From a virus (lineage: Duplodnaviria; Caudoviricetes), in IMG/VR virus record IMGVR_UViG_3300030620_000015, positions 1-41,800 of that record: a stretch of DNA of 41,800 nucleotides; one strand, given 5' to 3'. Numbering within the stretch: position 1 is the stretch's first letter; every line of letters begins with the position of its first letter. The position numbers were made by a program, and so were the translations under genes. Below are positions 26,301-33,293 of the stretch, piece after piece. The notes under the pieces are model-generated. The model saw only the letters and a program-made list of their open reading frames with translations. It was not told the origin of the DNA and made no database searches.

Positions 26301-27152
26301 CGCCGCTCCACCGCTGGGATGCTGGCGAGTGACGAACCGCAGCTCGAAGCTGCCATCCCACTCATCGGCGTGGAAGAAGAAGAGCGCGTTCCTGGACGGG
26401 CCGAAGGATGTGCCGATGGCTCCCGGGTTGGTCAGCGAGTTCGTCGCCGACAGGTATACCCTGGTGTTGTTCACTGTCGTCGGCGCCTGGACAACAGCGA
26501 ACCCGCAAGCTGTGATGATCGGTCTCCTGTCCGGGTCGGCGTTTCCGGTCGCCGCCCACGTGTTCCCGTCGGTCCGCTCGATCCCGAGCGAGTAGGCCAG
26601 GTGTTCATTGAGGTCGTCGGTCGCAGCAACGATGTCGAAATCGTTGAAGAAGTCCGCGCTGTCCGGAGCGAACCTGTCGAACTCATAGAACAGCAGTTGT
26701 TCTCCGGAGGTAGCAAGGAGCCCGAACTTCTGCACGTCCGGCTGGTTTCCTTGCGAAGTCGCGTAGTCGTAGAACGCTCCTTCGGCAGTCGGTGCTTCGA
26801 TGTCCCATACGGCGGACACCGTGCCGCCAGTGTAGGTGATCGATCCGTCAGCAAACGCAGCCGACTGGATCGTCGCTCTGTCAGTCGAACTCTCGGAGGA
26901 TGGCGCGACCCTCAGCCGGATTGGCACGTCGACCAGAGCGGTTCCAGTGTGCTCCTGCCTCACCGACGCCCAGAACACCACCTTGCGGACCTGGCTGTAG
27001 GCTGCAGGGCAGACGTAGAGCCGGTGGGCTTCCCCGTAGGTGGCGATGCCGCCGAGAGTGGAGGCAAAGGGCACGAGATTCGTCCACGGGCAGTTGGCTA
27101 ACACGTCTGGGTCAGTGCCGTGCTGGAACCCGCTCCCGTAGCGAATCGCCAT
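23328..27152 (-). CDS. Large tail protein with C-terminal tail tubular B/nozzle-like beta-propeller (1274 aa)
   Basis: Start at coupled ATG 27152 (MAIRYG). FRNRLFML, NRIWYSEPLEPE and SDIGCIGPRT...VWLADRGLAIYDG blades. Confidence 0.75.
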   Translation of the reverse strand: MAIRYGSGFQHGTDPDVLANCPWTNLVPFASTLGGIATYGEAHRLYVCPAAYSQVRKVVFWASVRQEHTGTALVDVPIRLRVAPSSESSTDRATIQSAAFADGSITYTGGTVSAVWDIEAPTAEGAFYDYATSQGNQPDVQKFGLLATSGEQLLFYEFDRFAPDSADFFNDFDIVAATDDLNEHLAYSLGIERTDGNTWAATGNADPDRRPIITACGFAVVQAPTTVNNTRVYLSATNSLTNPGAIGTSFGPSRNALFFFHADEWDGSFELRFVTRQHPSGGAAKANYSVRVVKRTIDGSAETVIFTQQYNAQTTNPVVVYTRSPDLSTLLEDGAVYDLQFQSETGSNQDIPWGWWEITHRGFNRHTAFFDSGPVPLLAAGVTTNGIQPAPPPPDAFNKGSSLFDPIWFEDFPGSRVISARVQGALLHVTDANDTSENVNINAILGDPVDGSAFNAIITPDVSSTPDAVVALKGVDSEILSNNPLNLAGRRKLTCRFGGASWLGGTDDVPGRINLAFVLDVPNTEVLPLGPVFDLGSFDAEGCAATSAGLGDPPLLIITNGSTIPQKFNPAAEGTAGEVEDAGVPTPFEGEVPTTQANDAASSPDGGLDLGTYRYRYTFRNCCTGKESDPNLEDIVVDTTGQAPAASVTFSFAGVRIPADAQICEICLYRTIEAGDFPVMAKVGCFDPDETGTFVDDLSDDALDFINDGLSIFNAPPPCAPVVVDFRNRLFMLGDIPNLAPEGTVSVVNGSDIVTGDGNVLWSRCLEGKKIQVGADCRSYEILRILPPEEGNSPGIARLKLTEEYEGETDTGLDYIICGHPNRIWYSEPLEPECWPAANFLDVEPGDGDRLMGAVSNFDSLVVCKRRKSYVLRFRVNPGQEVIVPSRISSDIGCIGPRTFAQVESGSVWLADRGLAIYDGRTVQHVPESQAMNDIFVDPENPNYIRRDRNGRVIEAVGVFYPSREQYLLLVPTVNTNRGCNLMIVWDVKLRNITLLKFCQEFLSMVVGKDSEGNERVYLGDTNGFVWIYDVGDTDGVGFPNATGTVRGDVSNAGVESESGASFLDDDSASFIAGGIPGLANLSGVAGLSGSLAGGNVGLGGSCVYTRRKDAAYDDPWTVRTVYAATNTRLFVTPQWGPDTPFDASGGIEFEYMLGAIEMDLLFKPQNYGSDDFSKRDWRQIVVHEIEDFASKVRIDLLPDFASEDPEADTVVDPVTGSTGDGRIFRMDYEKGRQVKPVGRLVHFYQGIRMRNFAPEEPVRIINHLLATTPRSSK

Positions 27153-28039
27153 CAGAGGCCCCCCGCCGTGACCGACTCGATCTCCGGGTCGTCGTCTCCG
27201 GCGACGGCGATCCCGATGGCCGTGTTCTGCCCCAGGTTGTTCGCCTGCAGCTCGCTCAGGGTCGCCGACACCGTCACCTGAGCCCCTCCGGAGGGGATGA
27301 CGCGCATGGTCGCGGCGCGGGTGAGCGCGTTGAACTGGAGCCGGAGGAACCCCTCGGCCAACGCGGCTCCGCCGAGGGCTTCGCTGGCCAGTGACGTGCT
27401 GACGCCGGCCTGCACGATCAGCAGTTCGGCGACGTAGCTCGATCCGTCGATGGTGACGCGGGCCAGCAGGTAGGTCGATCCGGTTCGCTTGATGGCGATG
27501 GCTGCCTGCTGCCGGCTGCCGGCCGCCACGAGGTTGTAGGCGATCTCCGTGAAGTAGCTGGTCAGCGCCGATTCCTTGAACCACTGCATCAGGCGGGACT
27601 CGGCGACGTCGTCGGCCGTAGCGGCGACGTCTGTGAGGACGAGGGACCCGAGGAAGGTCGTGTAGTCGCCGGCGTTCTGCCATCGAGTCGTGTCGAGCCC
27701 CTCCGTGAAGCCGTCGTTAGGGAGCGAGTCACTCCCGAGGAACGTCGGGATCTCGAATGGCGTCCGAACGAAGATCCCGGCGCTGTCGGCCACGACCAGA
27801 TACTCGACTCCGCAATCGCTGGTGTAGCGGAACAGCCCGCAGACCGGCCCATCGAAGCGTTCGTCCAGTCCGCGGATCAGCCCCTTCCGCTTCTCCAGGA
27901 TGTCCGCCTCGTTGATAACCGCGTTGAAGCTGCCGTCCTCCAGGAAGCCTTGCCCTGGATCGAGGCGACCGCCGCGGGTGTTCAAGCCTCCCCATGGTTG
28001 GCCCTGCGGTCTCAATGGCATTTCATTCCAGCGACTCAC
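27152..28039 (-). CDS. Tail protein with nozzle-type N-terminus (WGGLN...KRKG) and lectin-like C-domain (295 aa)
   Basis: GGGAGG RBS and GTG start. The GGLN motif is typical of the start of podovirus tail-stabilisation proteins. Confidence 0.65.
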   Translation of the reverse strand: MSRWNEMPLRPQGQPWGGLNTRGGRLDPGQGFLEDGSFNAVINEADILEKRKGLIRGLDERFDGPVCGLFRYTSDCGVEYLVVADSAGIFVRTPFEIPTFLGSDSLPNDGFTEGLDTTRWQNAGDYTTFLGSLVLTDVAATADDVAESRLMQWFKESALTSYFTEIAYNLVAAGSRQQAAIAIKRTGSTYLLARVTIDGSSYVAELLIVQAGVSTSLASEALGGAALAEGFLRLQFNALTRAATMRVIPSGGAQVTVSATLSELQANNLGQNTAIGIAVAGDDDPEIESVTAGGL

Positions 28040-28095
28040 CTAAACCTCCCGTTGATTATTGAGCGGATATATCGGCGCAATCAGGTTGGCATGCA

Positions 28096-29772
28096 TCAGA
28101 ACGCCAGCAGCGATCCCAGGCTCGCCGCCCTCGTGAGTGGAATCTGATCGGAGATGTTGCCGCGGAACACGTCAGCGATGCTGCGCATGACGTCCTGGTT
28201 GGTGATGTTCCTGTTGTTCTTGCGTCGAAGGTCCTTGAGCTTGCTCTGGTAGATGCCGGCCATGTTCGCGGCGTTCTGCGAGTCGGTGTCCAGCATCAGA
28301 GCATGAGCCGCAGCGCCGTAGATCAGGACGTCGATGTCTTCCTGCGGAACGAACGGGATCTCGACGTCCGCCTCGTAGGGGAACAGCTGCCGAGCATAGT
28401 AGGACACAATCATGAAGGGATCGTCCGACTGCTGCTGCTCCGTCAACTGCTGAATCACCGGCTTGGGGTAGATCTGGACCTGCATCTGGTTGTTGGGTCC
28501 AGGATCGGTTCGAAGGAAGACCTTCGGTCTGCCTCCTGACTGGGTCACCCCCTGCAAGAGTCGGTAGAAGTCCACCGGCTCCATCTCGGTCAGCGGGCGG
28601 TCGTTCCAGTTGCCGGGTCGGATGTATTCCAGCTCTCCAAGGTTCGCCGGCATCTCGTAGGTGTCGACCCCGTCGCTCAGGTAGATCCGCTCCTCACGGC
28701 GCAGCCACTGCCAGTAGCCTTCCTTGCGGATCAGGTCAGCCTCGGCTTCGAGAACGAAGTTCAGGTAGGTCTCGACCTTCGTCGCCGCCCCCGTGGTCGC
28801 GTTGTATTTCGCGTCGCCGTCCTTCTCGACGAGCGTGATGACCCGGTTGACCACGCGCTGGTATGTCCACTCCGTCCCTGGAGCGATGCGCACCGGGCGC
28901 CTGATCTCCCGGAACGTCTCGACCTGGAAGATGCCGCACCGCAGCAGGGACAGCCCTGCAAGGCCGTAGGGGCTCACGCCGGCCGGCTGGTCCACGAGCT
29001 GCCCCGAGAGGAACTCGAATCCTGGGAAGCCGACCTCGCCCCACAGGGGGTCCTTCTTGTCGGTGTAGGTGAGCTTGGGCTGGTTCAGGCTCCGGTCGTT
29101 GAGGTAGACCTCGAGGATGACCTCGTTGTCGGTCCGGCGTATGCGTAGGCGCATGTCCTGCCAGAAGCCCTTGTAGGGCAGCACGTCGCCTTCGGAGTAG
29201 GAGCTGGAGTCGAACAAGGGGTCCAGGTTCAAGTCGTCGTGGTCCAGCGTGACCGACGTCAGGACCACCATCTGGTCGACCTCGGTCGAGCTCGGCCTGC
29301 TGAGGTTCGGCAGCCGCTTCACCGGCATGAACTTGACGATCTTCAACACGGGGGCCGTGCCGTCCCGCGGCATCGTCACCCTGGCTCCGTAGCCCTGGTC
29401 GTAGCAGCTGGGGTCTTCCGCACTCCCCAGATCGAAGAGCAGCGGGTCCTTCGACATGCGGGCCAGGATCGTGAAGCTGCTGGGCTGATCGACGGAGATG
29501 GGGTCAGCGGCGCTGGGATCCTCGCCGTCGTGAGCCCATGTCGTCCGAACCATGTAGTTCGGTCCGTCCATGAACTCCCCCGTGTAGAGCACCTGAGTCT
29601 TGAGAGACGTGACGCCGGCGGGGAACAGAGGGCTCGCACCGCTGACCACGAGTTCGGCGTCGATCGGGATGACGGCCTCGTCGCTGATGATGACGCCACC
29701 ACAGGCGACCGTGTAGTTCTGACCGATGCCTCCGTCGGCTCGAGTGAACTTGTCGATGAAGCGTGATGTCAT
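28096..29772 (-). CDS. Head-tail adaptor (tail tubular A-like C-domain) with N-terminal beta-sandwich extension (558 aa)
   Basis: DGVDTYEMP...GGRPKVF...IYPKP...DVLIYGAAAHA adaptor pattern. Start MTSRFIDKF at an ATGA overlap. Confidence 0.7.
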   Translation of the reverse strand: MTSRFIDKFTRADGGIGQNYTVACGGVIISDEAVIPIDAELVVSGASPLFPAGVTSLKTQVLYTGEFMDGPNYMVRTTWAHDGEDPSAADPISVDQPSSFTILARMSKDPLLFDLGSAEDPSCYDQGYGARVTMPRDGTAPVLKIVKFMPVKRLPNLSRPSSTEVDQMVVLTSVTLDHDDLNLDPLFDSSSYSEGDVLPYKGFWQDMRLRIRRTDNEVILEVYLNDRSLNQPKLTYTDKKDPLWGEVGFPGFEFLSGQLVDQPAGVSPYGLAGLSLLRCGIFQVETFREIRRPVRIAPGTEWTYQRVVNRVITLVEKDGDAKYNATTGAATKVETYLNFVLEAEADLIRKEGYWQWLRREERIYLSDGVDTYEMPANLGELEYIRPGNWNDRPLTEMEPVDFYRLLQGVTQSGGRPKVFLRTDPGPNNQMQVQIYPKPVIQQLTEQQQSDDPFMIVSYYARQLFPYEADVEIPFVPQEDIDVLIYGAAAHALMLDTDSQNAANMAGIYQSKLKDLRRKNNRNITNQDVMRSIADVFRGNISDQIPLTRAASLGSLLAF

Positions 29773-30212
29773 TCGACCTTGCACTCCTTGTGCCTGGCGA
29801 GGTTGCTCGGGTCGTCCCAATACGCCTTGTCGCCGGTCTCCCGGATCTTTCCGTGGTAGAGATGCGTTGGGACCGAATGCGTCTGCCTGATCGATCCGCG
29901 CTGACCGCCGGCATCGCGGATCTGCTTGCGCCTCGCCCTGACCTCCTCCTGGAACTCGCGTTCCACTCTGGCTCCGCTCTTCCCCCCATCATCCTGGCTG
30001 CGGACCTGGTGCTGCAGCGGGATGTCGCTCGCATCACGGCACTTGCTCGTGTCCAACATCGGTGCGTCTGCCTGCCAGTCTCGGAGCATGACCTTGCCGC
30101 AGCCCTGCCGGATGGAATCGGTCGCACAGAAGACGGTGGAGGGTGGACCTTCTGCCATGGACCTGTGCGTCTCGTATCGAGATCCGCAAGAGCACTTGAA
30201 CGAGTAGATCAC
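29769..30212 (-). CDS. FmdB-like Zn-ribbon protein (147 aa)
   Basis: IYSFKCSCG..YE...C....GCGKVM; GTG start with AGAGG RBS. Confidence 0.75.
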   Translation of the reverse strand: MIYSFKCSCGSRYETHRSMAEGPPSTVFCATDSIRQGCGKVMLRDWQADAPMLDTSKCRDASDIPLQHQVRSQDDGGKSGARVEREFQEEVRARRKQIRDAGGQRGSIRQTHSVPTHLYHGKIRETGDKAYWDDPSNLARHKECKVE

Positions 30213-30397
30213 CGCTTGAACCTCTTGGTCCCGCGACCGCAGGGACGCTTCTTGCCGCCTCAACCGTATCCTTTGGCGACCATGTTCTTCACTGCAACGT
30301 GGCCGCACTTCTGGTTTGTGCACCGAACGGTCAGCCGGATGGCTGACCGTTCGACGCGGACTGGCGAGCTGCACTTGCTGCAGACTCGCTCAGCCAT
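30209..30397 (-). CDS. Putative selenoprotein C (62 aa): CxxC...CxxxxC Zn ribbon + G-U-GGKKRPC basic tail
   Basis: ATG overlaps the capsid stop. In-frame TGA at 30262-30260. The read-through stop overlaps the next GTG (GTGA). SECIS-like hairpin follows. Absent from the ORF track. Confidence 0.8.
30228..30246 (-). promoter_or_regulatory. Bacterial SECIS-like hairpin GUCCC-U-GC-GGUC-GC-GGGAC
   Basis: Bulged U and GGUC loop as in the E. coli fdhF SECIS. First loop G is at +22 from the UGA. Confidence 0.8.
30324..30353. other. Perfect 13-bp inverted repeat inside the gene following the capsid gene
   Basis: CGAACGGTCAGCC-ggat-GGCTGACCGTTCG. Confidence 0.85.
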
Positions 30398-31425
30398 CAC
30401 GGACAGCCGCTGACGCCGGTGCACAGGCTGTCGATGAAGCCGATGCAGTTGGGGGCCAGGACCTCCAGGGTGCCTTCATACTCGACCATGCCCTTCGTCG
30501 AGCTGCCGATCTTCGCCAGCTCGACGGCCAGCACCGGGCGCAGCACCGCGATGCGGAGCTTGTTCTTCTCCGCGGTCGAGATGCGGTCCGTCCGCTGGTA
30601 GCGATGCAGGAAGATGCGCTGCGTGCCGAAGTCGGACTGGTAGAAGTCGACCGTGTTGATGACCGTCCGCTCGTTGACGGGGATGTTGTATCGAACGTTG
30701 GAGTTGGGGTTCAACGTGAGGTTGGACAGAGACCGCTTCTGCGCGGCGCCGCACCAAATCGTGTCCGTCATGGCGCCCTTGTTCCACATGGCCTCCAGGT
30801 GCGCGTTGAGCAGACACTCGTCGATGCAGTCGTCCGGCGAGCTGCCGGTGGCTTCGGTGACGGTCCCCATCTCGTCGGCGTTGAGGCCGAGCGTAGTTGC
30901 GCAGGTTGGGTCGGATGCCGCCGCGTAGGCGTAGAATCCGTCCATCTTGCGCGGCAGGACTCCGCCCGAGTTGCCCTGGGCGGTCTGCGACTGGCGGATC
31001 GAGTGCACGAGAGCGAACTCGATGAAGCGTGCGAGCTCCATCGTCGCCTTGCGCAGCTGGTAGACGTATTCGTCCCTGATGCCAGCCGTGTTGATGTCAC
31101 GCTGCGTGTCCGACACGTCGAACGTGCGTCGGAGGATGTGCGTGAGGTTGCAGAGACGCTTGCGCGGCGTCAGCGGATCGAAGGTGGCGTCCGAGCCTTC
31201 CGGGGTCGCCTGGACGTCAGCGTTGCCCACGTCCGGGTCGCCGAAGTCCGCCAGCGAGTCGATCAGCCATTCGTGGCTGATGTTGTTCGCCGGCACCTTC
31301 TCGAAGCCCGACAGGAACAGTGTGTCCATCGGGCTCGTCATGGTGATGATGTCGAGAAGATCCTCTCGGTTACCCGTTCCGACATCGAACGAGTTGAGGA
31401 CAGCCTGATTCAATACGAATACCAT
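30397..31425 (-). CDS. Major capsid protein (DUF5309/SU10-like, 342 aa)
   Basis: GNREDLLDII..SPMDT, HEWLIDSL, N.THI.R....VSDTQ, YQSDFG, LAKIGSS. Follows the scaffold gene. Confidence 0.9.
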   Translation of the reverse strand: MVFVLNQAVLNSFDVGTGNREDLLDIITMTSPMDTLFLSGFEKVPANNISHEWLIDSLADFGDPDVGNADVQATPEGSDATFDPLTPRKRLCNLTHILRRTFDVSDTQRDINTAGIRDEYVYQLRKATMELARFIEFALVHSIRQSQTAQGNSGGVLPRKMDGFYAYAAASDPTCATTLGLNADEMGTVTEATGSSPDDCIDECLLNAHLEAMWNKGAMTDTIWCGAAQKRSLSNLTLNPNSNVRYNIPVNERTVINTVDFYQSDFGTQRIFLHRYQRTDRISTAEKNKLRIAVLRPVLAVELAKIGSSTKGMVEYEGTLEVLAPNCIGFIDSLCTGVSGCP

Positions 31426-31466
31426 CAGTCGCTACCTGGGTTTGGAGTCCCCGGCAGCGCCGATTG

Positions 31467-32519
31467 CTAGCGACCGAGTCTGCGAGCCAGGTGACCGAGC
31501 TGCTGCTGCATCCCTTGCTGCCGCTCGTTCGGATCGTCCGAAGCCAGGAGCTTCTGGAGCCTCCTGGATTCCTCGACGAGCTCGTCCTGAGCCTGCTGCC
31601 TGGGCTGAGCCTGCTGTCCGGTTCCTGGTGCGTAGCGCGCGGCCGCCAACTCACCGCTCCCAGGGGGAACGATGATCGGCGCAGCCGGAGCACGCGCTGC
31701 CGTCTCTCGGGTGACGAGTTCCTCGGGCTCACAGACGGCTCGGAAGGCCTGCTCGATCGAACAGTGCGGGTTCTTCCCGCGGAAGTGGTCGATGAGCGGG
31801 CCGTGGATCACGTAGTCGAAGGCCGGATACTTGTCAGCCAGGTCTTGCATCTGGTTCCGCGCGGCCTGCGTCTGCAGGTCGTTGAGCGGCTTGCCGAACG
31901 TCCTCATCAGTTCACTGCGGAACTGCGAGCCCCATTCGTCCAGTTTCTGGCTCATCCTCGCATCCTGCATCACTTGCATCCGCGTCTCGGGGTCCAGGTG
32001 GTCCAGGTTGGCCTGGACCATCTGATCGTGCTGCTGCTGGAGAGCCGTGAGTCGCTGCTCGAACTGAGTGAGCGTCTCGCTGCTCTTCTTTCCAACATCC
32101 AGGGCTGCCTGGAGCTCGACGTCCTTCTGACGCAGCTGCTCGACCAGCTGCTGGATCCGCTGTTCTGCCCGTGGGGAGATCGCTTCCCCGTTCTGTCCCT
32201 GCGGAGGGGGGTTGGGTGGCGGTAGCTTGGGTGCCGGACTGCCGTCCAGAGCCTGCTCGGGGGTCCCTGCAGGCGGCTGATCGCCGATCGGCTGGTCTTG
32301 CGGCAGCTGTTGCTGACGCTTGCTCAACTCGATCGCTTGCCGCATGTAGCTGCCCTCGGGTGGCTGCGGAGCCGGTGGCTTACCATCCTCGCCGACCTCG
32401 ACCGGTGCCGTCTCCGGCATCTCGGCGCCCGCTCGTCTCAGGTTGCCCCGAAGCGCTCGAGCCGCATTGTCAGCGCGCGCATTGAAGTTGCTAGGAGTCT
32501 GTTCTCCTTGCTTGGTCAT
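31467..32519 (-). CDS. Capsid scaffolding protein (350 aa)
   Basis: Pro-rich N-terminus, RAEQRIQQL coiled coil, position before the major capsid gene. Confidence 0.8.
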   Translation of the reverse strand: MTKQGEQTPSNFNARADNAARALRGNLRRAGAEMPETAPVEVGEDGKPPAPQPPEGSYMRQAIELSKRQQQLPQDQPIGDQPPAGTPEQALDGSPAPKLPPPNPPPQGQNGEAISPRAEQRIQQLVEQLRQKDVELQAALDVGKKSSETLTQFEQRLTALQQQHDQMVQANLDHLDPETRMQVMQDARMSQKLDEWGSQFRSELMRTFGKPLNDLQTQAARNQMQDLADKYPAFDYVIHGPLIDHFRGKNPHCSIEQAFRAVCEPEELVTRETAARAPAAPIIVPPGSGELAAARYAPGTGQQAQPRQQAQDELVEESRRLQKLLASDDPNERQQGMQQQLGHLARRLGR

Positions 32520-32658
32520 CGGAGTTCTCGACGGTGCACGACTTCCGCCCGTTCAGTGCCTTCGTGTCCGGGCGCGACTCCGGGGCAGCGCATTGGCTCG
32601 GTCATGCTCGGGGCGCAGACCGACAAGCCCGTCAGCACCGCAGGACTCCGACGGTCGG

Positions 32659-32880
32659 TCACCCGCCGTATCCCTTGATGTTCTCGTTGTCGCCGAAGCC
32701 GGTCGGCGCGCCCTGCCACTTGTTGTTCGTGGACGACGCTGGGTGACGACTGCGGGTCTTGTTGCCCAAAGCTCCGCTGGTCGCCGACATGCCGGCGGCC
32801 CGGCTCAGGGCCTTCACGTTGTCGCCGGTCTTCGGCTGAGCCGCTCCGACGGTTTCGCAGCAGTTCGGGGTGTCCTTCAT
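32659..32880 (-). CDS. Small hypothetical head-module protein (73 aa)
   Basis: GAGGA RBS; ATGA overlap. Confidence 0.65.
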   Translation of the reverse strand: MKDTPNCCETVGAAQPKTGDNVKALSRAAGMSATSGALGNKTRSRHPASSTNNKWQGAPTGFGDNENIKGYGG

Positions 32881-33293
32881 GGGGTGTCCTCTCGCGGTTT
32901 TGGTCGACGCCTCAATGCGCCTTCCAGCGTATTCTGCCTCGACTGACGTTGCGCTTCAAGCAGGTCGACCATCTGTTCGCTGGTCAGCAGCGACAAGACA
33001 TCCTCCAACGCCTGGACGCAGCCGCGCTGCTCGCGCATGCCAGCGTCGGTCAACTTGTTGTCCCTGGCCAACTTACGGACTGCTACGTCCCGCAAGTCCG
33101 TAACCGCCTCGAGGAATCCCTGGAATCCTGGCGCGTTTCGGATCTGCAGGGCTCGGCGCCCGAGGTCGATGGCCGCCGACAGGCTGTCGATCTGCTTCTC
33201 GAGCTCGCGCTCCTCCGCAGCCTCGTGCTCCCGGACGTCCCAGAACGGGTCGCGCTCACTGAGCGCCTGCGTTGGACTGTCTGGCTGTTCCAT
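32877..33293 (-). CDS. Hypothetical post-portal protein (138 aa)
   Basis: GGAGG RBS; helical; typical position after the portal. Confidence 0.75.
   Translation of the reverse strand: MEQPDSPTQALSERDPFWDVREHEAAEERELEKQIDSLSAAIDLGRRALQIRNAPGFQGFLEAVTDLRDVAVRKLARDNKLTDAGMREQRGCVQALEDVLSLLTSEQMVDLLEAQRQSRQNTLEGALRRRPKPREDTP

Noticed and set aside
27153-27683. N-terminal extensions in the ORF track (27683 start; also 647, 9215, 37920, 37054)
   Set aside because: They overlap real upstream genes in other frames. Coupled downstream starts fit better.
28040-28095. Possible internal late promoter (TTGCGC...AATAAT on the - strand)
   Set aside because: The spacer is only about 14 nt. The gap is AT-rich but cannot be supported as a promoter.
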